Positions 20,567 to 32,116 of a stretch of DNA of 64,000 nt are shown here, in pieces. The notes beneath the pieces are model-generated. The model did not search any database. It had not been told where the DNA came from and saw only the letters and a list, made by a program, of their open reading frames with translations. Positions within the stretch are counted from its first letter, which is position 1, and every line of letters begins with the position of its first letter. The translations under genes and the position numbers were made by a program. The stretch is from an uncultured delta proteobacterium (GTDB lineage Bacteria > Desulfobacterota > RBG-13-43-22), in NCBI GenBank assembly GCA_963843145.1, contig CAWJJC010000027.1:160001-224000 (forward strand), read 5' to 3'.

Positions 20567-20582
20567 TGCAAGAGATTTGCCA
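20567..20582 (-). promoter_or_regulatory. Sigma-54 (-24/-12) promoter of the transporter/ligase operon
   Basis: Minus strand TGGCAAATCTCTTGCA has consensus GG/GC spacing, about 85 nt upstream of the binding-protein start and adjacent to an NtrC-type activator gene. Confidence 0.75.
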
Positions 20583-20745
20583 GCGGCCTTAAAAAAAATT
20601 ATCGATGCGATTGCAGGGAGTTGGGGAAAATGCCGGGCGTCTCGATCCTCTGTCTATTTGAACTGATCTTACAATTTGTGAAAGATTTTTTCAATGGCTT
20701 TGTTGACGCTTCCCCCTCTTGAAAGGGTGAACTACCAAAAAAAAT

Positions 20746-22119
20746 TCAGGCGGCCTTGAATGCACTGGTCAGTCCATAGGTTTTAAGCTTCTGACGAAGT
20801 GTCGGACGGGAGATACCCAGTAGCTCACAGGTCTTCCCCAGGTGCCAGTGGGTACGCTGCAAGGTTCCGATAATATATTCTTTCTCCATATCTTTGAGGC
20901 TTTGTTCCTTGGGGACGGTCTCTTTCGGATGGGGATAGACCGGCACGATCCGGCCCAGTAACGGTTCGATATGTTCTTCGAGGATTACTTCCCCTTGGCT
21001 GTTGATCGCCACGTGAGTAAGGACGTTCGTCAGTTCCCGGACATTTCCCCGCCAATCGTATTCCATCATCTTCCTCAGGGCGCCTTCCTCAACTTTCCTC
21101 AATCGTTTTTCGAGCTCGTGGTTGATTTTTCCCAGGATATATCCCACCAAGAGCGGGATATCCGCCTTACGTTCCCGGAGGGGGGGGACTTGAATGCTCG
21201 CCACATTGAGCCGGTAGTAAAGATCTTCCCTGAAAGTTCCCTGGGAGACCATCTCCCGGAGGTCTCTGTTGGTAGCGGCGATTACTCGGGCATCCGATTT
21301 GATCTTCCTTTCACCACCGAGACGCTCGAATTCCTTTTCCTGCAAAAAACGCAAGAGCTTCGACTGCAGTTCAACCGGAATTTCCCCGATCTCATCTAAA
21401 AAAATGGTCCCCTGACCGGCCAGTTCGAACTTTCCCCTCTTCGAACCGGAGGCTCCGGTAAAGGCGCCCTTCTCATGGCCGAAAAGTTCGCTTTCCAACA
21501 GGGTCCCCACCAGCGTGGAACAATCGATCGCCCGGAAGGGATGCTCCCGGAAAGGACTGTTATAATGAATAGCCCGGGCGATCAGCTCCTTTCCCGTGCC
21601 GGTCTCCCCTTCTATCAGCACCGTGACCCTGTTTTCGGAAAGCACGCCAATGGTTTTAAAAATCTCTTTCATTCCCCGGCATCGGCCGATCACTTTACCG
21701 GGCACGTAGACTGATGAGGGATCGATCAAGAGCGACTTACCGGTTGGGGTGGCGTTTAGGGACTTAATGGCCTTATCGATAGCCCTCTCCAGATCTTCCA
21801 CATCGATGGGTTTAGGAATATACTCGAAGGCTCCGTATTTCACCGCCTTAATGGTGATTTCCATATCATGAAAGGCCGTGATAATGATGATATGCTTTCG
21901 GCCGTCGCGAATCAGTTGTTGAAGCACCTCCAGACCATCCCGGTCCGGGAGGCGAATATCCAGGATGATCACCTGAGGATCAAAGGTCCGACAGAGCTTC
22001 AACCCTTCCAGCGCCGACTGAGCACAGGCCACCGTGTAACCCTTCTCGGTGAGGAACATCTCCAGAGACTCCAGGAGCGACCGTTCGTCATCAATGATCA
22101 ATATCTTTTTATTTTTCAA
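20746..22119 (-). CDS. Sigma-54-dependent response regulator (REC-AAA+-Fis HTH)
   Basis: [51 protein letters not shown]. Confidence 0.96.
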   Translation of the reverse strand: MKNKKILIIDDERSLLESLEMFLTEKGYTVACAQSALEGLKLCRTFDPQVIILDIRLPDRDGLEVLQQLIRDGRKHIIIITAFHDMEITIKAVKYGAFEYIPKPIDVEDLERAIDKAIKSLNATPTGKSLLIDPSSVYVPGKVIGRCRGMKEIFKTIGVLSENRVTVLIEGETGTGKELIARAIHYNSPFREHPFRAIDCSTLVGTLLESELFGHEKGAFTGASGSKRGKFELAGQGTIFLDEIGEIPVELQSKLLRFLQEKEFERLGGERKIKSDARVIAATNRDLREMVSQGTFREDLYYRLNVASIQVPPLRERKADIPLLVGYILGKINHELEKRLRKVEEGALRKMMEYDWRGNVRELTNVLTHVAINSQGEVILEEHIEPLLGRIVPVYPHPKETVPKEQSLKDMEKEYIIGTLQRTHWHLGKTCELLGISRPTLRQKLKTYGLTSAFKAA

Positions 22120-23633
22120 GCCTTTTCCCTTAAGGGCAGCCTAAGACTGACCCTTGTCCCCTGGGGTTTGCGCAGCGCCAATTCCCCGGTCCCGCCATGG
22201 GCCTCGACAATCTTCTTCACATTGGACAGACCGAGGCCGGTGCCCTTCTTCTTGTTGCTGAAAAATGGATCAAAGACATAAGGAAGGTCCTCGGGATTAA
22301 TTCCCGGACCATCATCAATAATCTCGACCTGCCAGTCCCGACCGCCCTTCCTCAACACTCGGGTGACGATCTCGATAGACCCGCCTTGGGGCAACGCTTC
22401 CAGGGCGTTCAAAAGCACATTGATCAGGGCCTGTTCGATTTTTTCATGATCCACCGGGATGGGAGGCAGTCGGCGAGCGTATCGTTTTCTAACGGCAACC
22501 CCCTTCTCCTTGATCCGGGCCTCCAGGATCTCCAGACAGGAATCCAGGATGCCATTGATCGAGGCCGGCTGCAGATTCAGCCTGACCGGGCGGGCGAAAT
22601 CCAACATCTCTTCCAGGATCCGCTCCAGACGGGATATTTCCTGAATAATGATTTCCATACGCCGCCGATCATTGCCCCTGAATCCCGCATTTTTCAAGAT
22701 AATCTGGCTGTTCATCTTAACGGAGGAGAGGGGATTTCGAATCTCATGGGCCAGGGAGGTGGTGAGCTTGCCGATATGGGCCAAACGCTCGGATTCCCGG
22801 ATCCGTCGCTCTGTTTCGGTCCGCTCCGTAATGTCCCGGCAAATGCCGGCCACCGCATATTCCCCCTGGTAGAGGATACGTTTCACCTTGTTTTCCGTTG
22901 GCAGGGTCAAGCCATTTTTGTGACGGCGGAGGAAGACATAGAGGTCCTCCGTATCTTCACCGGACATTCGTTTTTCATAGAGTCTTTGCACCGCAGAGAG
23001 TGATCTAGGCGCAATAAAATCCATGTAGGATTTACCGAACATCTCCGCGGGGGAATAGCCATGGAGGTCGCAAAAGGCTTGATTGGCAAAGACGATCAAG
23101 CCTCGCTGGTTAACGAAGTAGCCGTCATTGATCTCCTCGACCAGGACTCGATATTTTCCTTCGGATTCGGAAAGCTCACGGGTCCGCTTTTCCACCTCCC
23201 GTTCCAGATTCCCGGCGTGTTTCCGGATTTCCTTTTCATGAAGGGACTGAAAATATTGGCTGAACCGCTTGATCGTATACAAAAGACAGGTATCCATCCG
23301 TTGCAGGGCCGGAAGAAGCCCCCGGGAGTTAAGTTCCTTCACCAGAATAGGGACGAGCACCTTCCGGTAAAGATCATAGGCATGTTGGACGTCCGAGAGG
23401 GAAAACCCGCCTTCGAGCCGGAGTCGGGTGATCCACTTAATATGGGCGTCAATCAGGGAATAATCGTCGTGGAGAATTACGGCGAAGTTGGCGTCATACA
23501 CCCGGGAAACGGTTACCAACAGCTCCTTCAGCGGCCTTTCACTGTACCGCGGGCTGACCTCCGTTTGCAGCCGGCGAACCCACTCGTCGATGAGCGGTTC
23601 CCGGTGTACCTTCAGGATAGTTGCCAGATCCAT
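22116..23633 (-). CDS. Cytoplasmic sensor histidine kinase (RsbRD_N-like helical domain, PAS, HisKA, HATPase)
   Basis: No TM segments; PAS (VFANQAFCDLHGYS), LAHEIRNPL, NALEA, DDGPGI, GTGLGL. Confidence 0.9.
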   Translation of the reverse strand: MDLATILKVHREPLIDEWVRRLQTEVSPRYSERPLKELLVTVSRVYDANFAVILHDDYSLIDAHIKWITRLRLEGGFSLSDVQHAYDLYRKVLVPILVKELNSRGLLPALQRMDTCLLYTIKRFSQYFQSLHEKEIRKHAGNLEREVEKRTRELSESEGKYRVLVEEINDGYFVNQRGLIVFANQAFCDLHGYSPAEMFGKSYMDFIAPRSLSAVQRLYEKRMSGEDTEDLYVFLRRHKNGLTLPTENKVKRILYQGEYAVAGICRDITERTETERRIRESERLAHIGKLTTSLAHEIRNPLSSVKMNSQIILKNAGFRGNDRRRMEIIIQEISRLERILEEMLDFARPVRLNLQPASINGILDSCLEILEARIKEKGVAVRKRYARRLPPIPVDHEKIEQALINVLLNALEALPQGGSIEIVTRVLRKGGRDWQVEIIDDGPGINPEDLPYVFDPFFSNKKKGTGLGLSNVKKIVEAHGGTGELALRKPQGTRVSLRLPLREKA

Positions 23634-23647
23634 GCGAAACGCCTTCG

Positions 23648-24718
23648 TTATAACACGGCCCAAGGTTTGGGAAGAAAGACCTTCTCATAAAGGTTCAAGG
23701 CATAACGGTCGGTCATCCCGGCGATGAAATCCGAGGCTCGTTGGGGGTCGAAAGGCAAGGGGCCCAGTTCCAACCCGGTCTCGCTGGCTATCATTTCCGG
23801 AGATTCCATCAGGACACCATACAATTCCTGGATCACCTTCCGGGCCTTGATGAAGTCATAATGCACGCGACCGATTTCGTAGACCCGCTCGTAGAGAAAG
23901 TCCCGCAAGGCCGTCATGGCCTGCTGGACCGATGACCCCAGGGACAACTCCCGGGGCAGGGTTTCCCGGCTGTGTTCGACCAGGTCCGTCACCATGGTGT
24001 TGATTCGCTGGGAACTGCGGTCGCCCAACACGCGACGGCAATAGGAGGGAATCTCCTGATCGGTGATCAAGCCACCCCGCAGGGCGTCGTCCAGGTCGTG
24101 GCTGATATAGGCGATGATATCGGCAATGCGCACCACCTGCCCCTCCAGGGTCGCCGACCTTTCCCCCGATTCCTGGGGCAATATTTCCCCTTTGCCCTTG
24201 GAATGCTTGAGGATGCCGTCCCGTACTTCCCAGGAAAGGTTGAGGCCCAGCCCTCCCTTTTCCAGTTCATCCACCACCCGCAGACTTTGCTGATTGTGAT
24301 AAAAACCACCGGGAACGATATCATTCAACACCTCCTCCCCGGCATGCCCGAAAGGGGTGTGTCCCAGATCGTGTCCCAGCGCGCTGGCTTCCGTGAGATC
24401 TTCGTTTAATCCCAGGCAGCGGGCCACGGTGCGGGCGATCTGGGAGACTTCCAGGGTATGGGTCAGACGAGTCCGGTAGTGGTCACCGGTAGGAGAAAGG
24501 AAAACCTGGGTTTTATGTTTCAGGCGGCGAAAGGCCTTGCAGTGGATAATCCGATCCCGATCCCGCTGAAAAGCCGTCCGCAGGGCGCATTCGGCTTCCG
24601 GGCGCATTCGCCCCCGGCTCTCAGCACTTCGGGCAGCCCAAGGGGATAGAGACAGCCTTTCCCGTTCTTCACTGGCCTCGCGGATAGTCATAGCCTGTCG
24701 ATTAGTTAAGTCGGACAA
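23648..24718 (-). CDS. dgt: Deoxyguanosinetriphosphate triphosphohydrolase (HD family)
   Basis: FQRDRDRIIHCKAFRRLKHKTQVF, RTRLTHTLEV, HDLGHTPFGHAGE, DFIAGMTD. Confidence 0.95.
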   Translation of the reverse strand: MSDLTNRQAMTIREASEERERLSLSPWAARSAESRGRMRPEAECALRTAFQRDRDRIIHCKAFRRLKHKTQVFLSPTGDHYRTRLTHTLEVSQIARTVARCLGLNEDLTEASALGHDLGHTPFGHAGEEVLNDIVPGGFYHNQQSLRVVDELEKGGLGLNLSWEVRDGILKHSKGKGEILPQESGERSATLEGQVVRIADIIAYISHDLDDALRGGLITDQEIPSYCRRVLGDRSSQRINTMVTDLVEHSRETLPRELSLGSSVQQAMTALRDFLYERVYEIGRVHYDFIKARKVIQELYGVLMESPEMIASETGLELGPLPFDPQRASDFIAGMTDRYALNLYEKVFLPKPWAVL

Positions 24719-24904
24719 TGGGGCCTCCGATTGGAAACAATACTAATTTTTCACAAAAAAACAAGGGGCTATTTTTTTTGCTTCTTCGGCGGTTTTGGTT
24801 GAGTTTTGCTAGAACAGGCGCTCCCTATAGGTCTAGCATCCTAAAATACCGGAAGGGCCTTATTTTTATTTACAAAAAGTACTCCCTTGGTTAGTATTTC
24901 GTCC

Positions 24905-25978
24905 ATGCGGATCATTTCCCACTACATCGCCAAAGAATTTCTGAAGATGACCCTGTTCTGTCTGGGCACCTTTGTGATGATTTATTTACTGGTGGAAGTG
25001 ATGGAAAAATTGGACGATTTCAACACGGCCGGGGTACCGCCTCGTCAGATAATGAATTATTTTATTTATATTATTCCGGCCATCGTCAAACAAATGATCC
25101 CGGTAGCCATTCTGATGGGCACGCAATTGACTTTCGGCTCTTTTTCCAAGAACAACCAGCTCATCGCTTTCAAGTCCAGCGGGATCAGCATGATCCGACT
25201 CTCTTCACCCATCATCCTGCTCGCTATCGTGACCAGTCTGCTGATCTTTGTCTTGGGGGAAAGTTTAATTCCGGCCGCCAATGCCCGGGCCCTGGAAATC
25301 TGGAATGTCCAGGTAAAAAAAATGGAAGCGCGGGCTGTTCTGATCAACGAGCGGATCTGGTATAAAGGGGATCGCTCGATTTATACCTTTGATCGCTTCA
25401 ACTTTAAAGAACAATCGGCCCAAAAGGTCACCCTCTATTTTCTTGATCCCCAATTTCAGTTGCAATCGCGTCTGGATGCCGAACGGGGATTTTGGGCCGA
25501 CGACGTGTGGACTTTCGAAGACGGCCTCTACCAAATCTATCAACCCACGAGTTCCGTCCAAATCTTTAAAACCCTTAAGCTGCCCTTGACGGAAACCCCG
25601 GAAGATTTTCGCTACCGGGAAAAAAGCAGCGAGGAAATGACCTATTCCGAGTTAAGAAGGTTTATCGGGAAAATCGAGCAGGAGGGCTATGAGGCCCAAG
25701 CCTACCGGGTGGAACAGCAAATGCGCCTATCCTTCCCCGGGGTTTCAATCATTATGGCCCTGATCGGGATTTCCATGGCCCTGCGCCGAGAAAAAGGAAT
25801 CGGCATCGCTCAGGGCATCGTGGGCAGCCTGGCGGTGACCTTTGTCTACTGGATCTTTTTCGGCTTTTCACGGTCATTAGGTCTTTCCGGTGTCTTTCCG
25901 GCTTTTTGGGCCGCCTGGGCGTCCAATATCCTCTTTCTGTTAATCGGGGGCTACCTGCTCCTCCATATCCGGCAATGA
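24905..25978 (+). CDS. lptG: LPS export ABC transporter permease LptG
   Basis: MRIISHYIAKEF, three TM helices, IAFKSSGIS, periplasmic beta-rich domain, WAAWASNILF. Confidence 0.85.
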   Translation: MRIISHYIAKEFLKMTLFCLGTFVMIYLLVEVMEKLDDFNTAGVPPRQIMNYFIYIIPAIVKQMIPVAILMGTQLTFGSFSKNNQLIAFKSSGISMIRLSSPIILLAIVTSLLIFVLGESLIPAANARALEIWNVQVKKMEARAVLINERIWYKGDRSIYTFDRFNFKEQSAQKVTLYFLDPQFQLQSRLDAERGFWADDVWTFEDGLYQIYQPTSSVQIFKTLKLPLTETPEDFRYREKSSEEMTYSELRRFIGKIEQEGYEAQAYRVEQQMRLSFPGVSIIMALIGISMALRREKGIGIAQGIVGSLAVTFVYWIFFGFSRSLGLSGVFPAFWAAWASNILFLLIGGYLLLHIRQ

Positions 25979-27777
25979 AGCCCGCCACCTTTGCCGCGCT
26001 TTTAAAAAAATCGCTGCCTTTTCTATATATTCTGGCAGTGGCTATGACCGTCCTGATCGCCTGGGTCGGCTATTCCACTTCCAGACAAATTCAAGAGACT
26101 ATTACCGAGCAATTCAACCAGCAGCAGCTCACGCTGGCCCGGCAAATATCGAACCATATTCAAAATCAAATCGCCTATCTTCAGCGTACGCTGTTGGGGC
26201 TTCGGGAAATCCGGGAGTTGATCGACCCGGCCGTGGTCGGGGAACGGAAAATTTTCTGGAATTATCAACAAATTCTGGCCGGAGACGTCTTGTCCCTCAT
26301 GGTCCTCGACCCGCAGGGGCGACCCATCCTGAAAGCGCAAGACCCGTCCTGGAAACCCGGAGAGATCCCGCTCCCTTCGCCCGACTCGCTGAGCGCCTAC
26401 CTGCCGTCGGCGCTGACTCCTGACCGGGTCTGGGTCGGACGAACGTTTTCACTGGCCGGGAAGTGGGTGTTGCCGATGATGGCCCCCTTCGGGCCGAAAG
26501 GGCCCTCTGCTCCGGAGGTCCGGGGGGCGGTCGTCCTGATTTTGGATGCCATTCACATTGCCAAGAAAGCGACTGCCGGCGTGGTCAGCGGCGCCACCGG
26601 CTACGCCTGGGTGATCAACCCCCAGGGGATCCTGCTGGATCACTACGAAAGCTCTTTTGTGGGCCGAAGTATTTTCGATGTCCGCAAGGCCCGGAACCCC
26701 ACTATCTCCTACCGGGACATCGATGATTTGACTCGCCGGGAACTACTGAAGCGAAAGGAAGGAACTTCCAAATACGTCAGCGGTTGGCATCGCCAAAAAT
26801 TAGCCCGGACCGAAAAGCTGATTGCCTACACGGCCATTCCTTTTTACGAAACACCGGATCGGAACCTGAGGGCCCAACCGCTGCCGGCCGATGAATTCTG
26901 GTCCGTAGCACTGGTCGCCCCGATCGAAGAAGTATCCGGCCTGATCCGGAGCCTCAACTACCAGCAATTTCTGTTGATCGGAATTTTTCAACTGCTCATT
27001 ATCGTCGGAACCGGGATGTTTGTGTTCATTTCCAGCCGCTGGTCCAGGTATTTGACCATCGAGGTGGACCGGAAAACCGAGGAACTGAAAAAATCCCAGG
27101 AAAAGCTGGTCCACTCCGAACGGTTGGCGGCGGTGGGTTCCATGGCCAGCCACGTGTCCCACGAAATCAAAAATCCTTTGATCGCCATCGGCGGGATGGC
27201 CCACCAGTTGAAGCGTTCCCCCAACCTGTCGGACAAGGAAAAAGAGAAGCTGGACCTGGTCATTAACGAGATCGGCCGCCTGGAAAACATGTTGATTGAA
27301 GTGCGCGATTTCACCCGGCCGACCACACCTCGAAAAATCAAGGGGTCCCTCCACCGGCTGATCGAAGAAATCACCGCCCTGCTGGCCGACCTGATCAAGG
27401 AACAACAGATCGAGGTCCTGACCGACCTGGATCCCCGGGTACCGGAGTTTTCCTTCGACCCGGACCAGATGAAACAGGTGCTGCTGAACTTGATCAAGAA
27501 TGCGGTGGAGGCCATGCCGGAAGGAGGCCGGCTGTCCGTGAAGACCCGTCGGGAAGGCGACCAGGCGGTCGTGGAAATTACCGATAACGGCAAGGGCTTT
27601 GAGAAAGACCACCAGGCCAACCTCTTCCGCCCCTTTTACACTACGAAAAAAAAGGGGACCGGTCTGGGACTGGCCGTTTCCTATAAAATCGTCCAGGACC
27701 ACAATGGCGATATCCGGGTGGATTCCCAGACCGGACGGGGAACCCGGGTGGTGGTCCTATTACCGATAACTGATTGA
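25975..27777 (+). CDS. Membrane sensor histidine kinase with Cache-like periplasmic domain
   Basis: Two TM segments, GYAWVINPQG, VSHEIKNPL, NAVEA, DNGKG, GTGLGL. Confidence 0.92.
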   Translation: MKPATFAALLKKSLPFLYILAVAMTVLIAWVGYSTSRQIQETITEQFNQQQLTLARQISNHIQNQIAYLQRTLLGLREIRELIDPAVVGERKIFWNYQQILAGDVLSLMVLDPQGRPILKAQDPSWKPGEIPLPSPDSLSAYLPSALTPDRVWVGRTFSLAGKWVLPMMAPFGPKGPSAPEVRGAVVLILDAIHIAKKATAGVVSGATGYAWVINPQGILLDHYESSFVGRSIFDVRKARNPTISYRDIDDLTRRELLKRKEGTSKYVSGWHRQKLARTEKLIAYTAIPFYETPDRNLRAQPLPADEFWSVALVAPIEEVSGLIRSLNYQQFLLIGIFQLLIIVGTGMFVFISSRWSRYLTIEVDRKTEELKKSQEKLVHSERLAAVGSMASHVSHEIKNPLIAIGGMAHQLKRSPNLSDKEKEKLDLVINEIGRLENMLIEVRDFTRPTTPRKIKGSLHRLIEEITALLADLIKEQQIEVLTDLDPRVPEFSFDPDQMKQVLLNLIKNAVEAMPEGGRLSVKTRREGDQAVVEITDNGKGFEKDHQANLFRPFYTTKKKGTGLGLAVSYKIVQDHNGDIRVDSQTGRGTRVVVLLPITD

Positions 27778-27837
27778 CGAATAACAATTGACCATTGATT
27801 ATTGATTATTGGGATATTGACGAAAGGAAAAGTCACC

Positions 27838-29776
27838 ATGGGTTTGAATGTCTTTCAGAAAATAATTTCCCGTCACCGAGTTTCCTCCACCCAGGCGGTG
27901 GACGGTGTTGTTCCCTTAAAGGTGGATCAGGTGTTGACCCAGGACGCTACGGGGACCATGGTGTATCTGCAGTTCGAAGCTATTGGACTTTCCCGGATCC
28001 GGGTCCCCCTGGCCGTATCTTATGTGGATCACAACACCTTGCAGGTGGATTCCCGAAACCCTGACGATCACCGCTACCTGCAAACCGCAGCGGCCCGCTT
28101 CGGCGCCTATTTTTCACCTCCGGGCAACGGCATCTGCCATCAGCTTCATTTGGAGAACTTCGCGCGACCCGGCCAGGTGCTGCTGGGTTCGGACAGCCAT
28201 ACCCCGACCTGCGGCGGACTGGGAATGCTGGCCATCGGTTGCGGCGGGCTGGACATTGCGGCCGCCATGGCCGGGTTTCCCTATGAACTGCCGCTCCCCA
28301 AAATCCGAAAGGTCCGGCTCAAGGGCAAACTTCGCCGGCCCTGGGTAACGGCCATGGACCTCAGCCTGGAACTGCTGCGGCGTCTGACCGTTCGGGGCGG
28401 TGTGGGCTGGGTCCTGGAGTACGGCGGCTCGGCCCTGGCGCACCTCTCCCTGACCGAACGAGCCACCATCTGCAACCTGGGGGCCGAACTGGGGGCCACA
28501 GCCTCCGTGTTCCCCAGTGATCAAATTACCCGGGACTTTCTTCGGGCCCGAGGTCGCGAAAAGGACTGGCAGGAACTGCTGCCTGACCGGGATGCCTCCT
28601 ATGATGAAACGATCGAAGTGGATCTCGGCCGGTTGGAGCCGCTGACCGCCCAGCCCTTCAGTCCGGACAACGTGGTCCCCTTAAAGGACCTGGCCGGTCT
28701 GCGGGTGGACCAGGTGTGCATCGGCAGTTGCTCCAATTCCTCTTACGAGGTCCTACGCGCCGTGGCCTGCATCGTGAAAGGAAAAACCATCGCCCCCCAC
28801 CTGAATCTGCTGGTCAATCCCGGGTCGCGGCAGGTGGTCGGGAACCTGGCCGCCGACGGGTCTTTGGGCGCTTTGATCGCCGCCGGCGCCCGGATCCTGG
28901 AAGCGGCCTGCGGGCCCTGCATCGGCATGGGCGGGGCCCCGCCGGATCAGGGGATTTCTTTCCGTTCCTATAACCGGAACTTCAAGGGTCGCAGCGGAAC
29001 GGCCAATGCCCGGGTCTTCCTGGTCAATCCCTTGGCCGCGGCGCTCCTGGCCCTCCAGGGAGAAGTGGTCGATCCCCTGCGCTTCCCTTTGCGCCTCCCC
29101 ACCTCGGCCCCGGTTCCTGCTTTCCAGGGTTCGGAGAGGACGATTCAACCTCCGCCCCGAAAAACGGCCGCCTTGGAAATCACCCGCGGCCCTAACATCC
29201 GGCCGATTCCCCGAAAAAAACCACTCCCGGATACCTTCTCGGCCGCGGTCCTGATTAAACTGGGGGATCACGTCACTACCGATGACATTCTGCCCGGCGG
29301 GTCCGAGGTCCTCCCCTTCCGGTCGAACATCCCGGCGATTTCCCGCTACACCTTTTCCCGGGTGGACCCCGGTTTTGCCGAGCGGGCGCTGAAAAATCCA
29401 GGTGGGATCATCATCGGCGGTGAAAACTATGGCCAGGGTTCCTCCCGGGAGCACGCCGCCCTGGCTCCCATGTTTCTCGGCATCCAGGCCGTGCTGGCCA
29501 AATCCTTTGCCCGGATTCATCTGAACAACCTGATCAACTACGGGATCCTGCCGCTGGTATTTGAAAACCCGGAGGACTACTTGGCGATGGAACAGGGAGA
29601 CCGTTGACCTTTCAAGGGGTGAGAACATCGGTCAGGGAACTCGCCAGCCATGGAAGTCCGGTGCGGAGCGAACAGAAAACATGTCCGCCTGCTGCCACAG
29701 ATAACCGCCAACAAAGTTGGTGGTGCTTTTATCCGGCGGTCTCCTGCCATACCTTAGAAAGAAGTTTAAAAAATAA
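27838..29776 (+). CDS. Aconitate hydratase (fused large and swivel domains); C-terminus broken by several indels after ~29600
   Basis: LTQDATG, GICHQ, DSHT, CIGSCSN, CGPCIG, NRNFKGR, YGQGSSREHAA; shifted frames give LTFQGVR..., MEVRC.., VLLSGGLLPYLRKKFKK-stop at 29776. Confidence 0.88.
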
Positions 29777-29802
29777 TGCAGGATCCAAAATCAGGATGCA
29801 GG

Positions 29803-30787
29803 ATGGATAAAAAGTCATACGAGGATTTAGAAATATTCACCATTCAATTTCCTAACGTTCTGATCGGCCACGCTTCCTATCCGGACGGACCTACCGGTTG
29901 CACCGTGATCCTATGCCCGGAGGGGGCGGTGGCCGGGATGGATGTTCGGGGTTCGGCCTCCGGAACCCGGCAGACTGACTCCCTCGCCGCCCTCCACCGG
30001 GTACCCCACATTCATGGGATCTTATTGGCCGGGGGAAGTTCCTTCGGTCTGGATGCCAGCGGCGGGGTGCTGCAATATCTGGAAGAGACGGCGCATCGGG
30101 TTTGACGTAACGGTAACCCGGGTGCCCATCGTGCCTTCCGCGATTCTTTTCGACCTGGCCTTCGGCAATCCGGCCGTTCGGCCGGACAAGGCCCTGGGGT
30201 ATCAGGCTTGCCTGAACGCCTCGGCCGGTACAGTAGAGGAAGGGAGTGTCGGGGCTGGGACCGGGGCTACCATCGGGAAGCTGTTCAGCGTCCTCCAGGC
30301 CACCAAAGGCGGCCTGGGCTATGCCTCCACCACCCTGGAAAACGGGCTGACGATCGCCGCCCTGGTGGTGGTCAACGCCTTCGGCGATGTGCGGGATCTC
30401 GAGGGAAACATCCTGGCTGGGGCTCGCACCGGCCCCCAGGACACCACCTTTGCCGACACCTGGGCCTGCATGAAACAGGGAATCCAGCCCAAACAATTCG
30501 TGGTTCAGAACACCACCCTGGGCGTGATCCTGACCAACGCCCGCCTGGATAAGGCCGATGCCCGCAAACTGGCCCAGTTGGGCCAGAACGCCCTGGCCCG
30601 GGTGATCGCCCCCGTACATACCCTCTACGACGGGGACATCGTCTTCGCCCTATCCGTGGGGCCGGTCGAAGCCGGTCTGATGCAGGTGGCCATCGTGGCC
30701 CAGGAGATGCTCCAGGAAGCGATCATCCGGGCGGTTAAAGCCGCCGACGGCCTGGGTCGCCTCCCGGCCTGGCGGGATTTGCAGTAA
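29803..30787 (+). CDS. P1/S58 family peptidase (DmpA-like aminopeptidase), frameshift near 30088
   Basis: TGCTVIL, DVRGSASGTR, LAGGSSFGL, then VPIVPSAILFDL, GSVGAGTGAT, VVNAFGD, NTTLGVI, HTLYDGD. Confidence 0.88.
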
Positions 30788-30906
30788 TCCACCCTTTTGT
30801 GCTCCTCAGGGCTTTGACAATACCTCCTGCACCTTAACCAGCCAATAATCCATCTCCGCCTCTCGGAGAGGGAGTCAGAGGCGTGATCACCCATTCCGTT
30901 GCAGAA

Positions 30907-32109
30907 TCACTGAAGGTCTGTAAACGATTGGGGATGGAGTTCCAGGTACCGGGATAACAATTCACGCATCATAGCCGAAGAATCAGGTTCGGGAGCAAAT
31001 ACCTCCCGTGCCCCATCCAAAGGATTCATCTTGCCACCATACATTGCTCGGGCTAATCGGGTACATTTGGATATATGCCGACCCACTTGATGGGACTGTA
31101 TCCTTTGGGTGTAATCACGAAAAGAAAAATCACTGGTTTGAAATGAATCGATAATCGCTTGGGCGGCCACCTCCCCATAAGATAGCGATAGATGGATTCC
31201 TCCTCCAAAGGCAGGCTCAATTCCTGCAGCGTCTCCCACCAGGATCACATTGGGCTTTGACAGGATGTCATCTTCCGAATGCCAGGGAATGGGGTGACTG
31301 GACCAGGTTTCGGGACCCCGATGAATATTCAGTCTTTCTAATTCACGGCCGAATATCTTCTTCATGTCTGCCCTAGGTCTATGGGGCCATACCCGGAAAT
31401 CAACAATGCCATGGGCGATGGAAGGGGCCTTACCCTTTAAGCAAGGCACGTGCCAAACATAGCCTTGCAGGCCCTCATCTATAGGCGAGAGATCAACAAC
31501 CGCCTTCTTTCCATTGAATTCGTCATCATAACGGGAATCGACCGCAGCGAATATCTGAAGTGTAGGCGCAAGATGGTGTTTCCGAGATGAGATCATCTTC
31601 TTGCGAACTGCGCTGAAAGCTCCATCCGCACCAACGAGGGCTTGGACGGCATATTTCCCCTTATTGGTTGTTACAATCAGCTTTTTCCGGGTCCGAAGAA
31701 TATCGATAAGCATTTCGTCTTCATGTAACTCAAGACCTCGATTCACCGCTGCTCTTGCCAGGGCATGATCAAAGTCCACACGCTGCACGATTCGAAAATA
31801 ATTGTTGTGGTGAAGACGATCAATCTCTTGCCCAAATCTGAACTCGAGACCAGAAACATACAGGGATGGAACATTGAGGTCCACCCTCAGGTTAGCCAGC
31901 ACATCTGCAGCCCAAATACACACGCCTCCCCCACACAACTTGTCGCGTGGGAAAACGGCTTTTTCTAAAACAATTGAACGGCGAGCCAATTGCGGGACCA
32001 CTTTTTGAAGATGCAACCAGGTGGAAATCCCTGCCGGCCCCGCCCCAACAATCATAATCGGGCAATTCAATAAACCGATTGTCGCTTTTGATCCTCGCGA
32101 AGGCATCAC
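30907..32109 (-). CDS. FAD-dependent oxidoreductase, geranylgeranyl reductase family
   Basis: IVGAGPAG, EKAVFPRDKLCGGG, VGADG, LVGDAAGIEPAFGGGI. Confidence 0.85.
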   Translation of the reverse strand: MMPSRGSKATIGLLNCPIMIVGAGPAGISTWLHLQKVVPQLARRSIVLEKAVFPRDKLCGGGVCIWAADVLANLRVDLNVPSLYVSGLEFRFGQEIDRLHHNNYFRIVQRVDFDHALARAAVNRGLELHEDEMLIDILRTRKKLIVTTNKGKYAVQALVGADGAFSAVRKKMISSRKHHLAPTLQIFAAVDSRYDDEFNGKKAVVDLSPIDEGLQGYVWHVPCLKGKAPSIAHGIVDFRVWPHRPRADMKKIFGRELERLNIHRGPETWSSHPIPWHSEDDILSKPNVILVGDAAGIEPAFGGGIHLSLSYGEVAAQAIIDSFQTSDFSFRDYTQRIQSHQVGRHISKCTRLARAMYGGKMNPLDGAREVFAPEPDSSAMMRELLSRYLELHPQSFTDLQ

Positions 32110-32116
32110 AAATCCT

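Noticed and set aside
30907-32109. Flavin-dependent halogenase assignment for the FAD enzyme
   Set aside because: PRDKLCGGG and the GDAAG..P..GGGI region fit the geranylgeranyl-reductase family, and YVWHVP is not the canonical WxWxIP; not fully excluded without an HMM search
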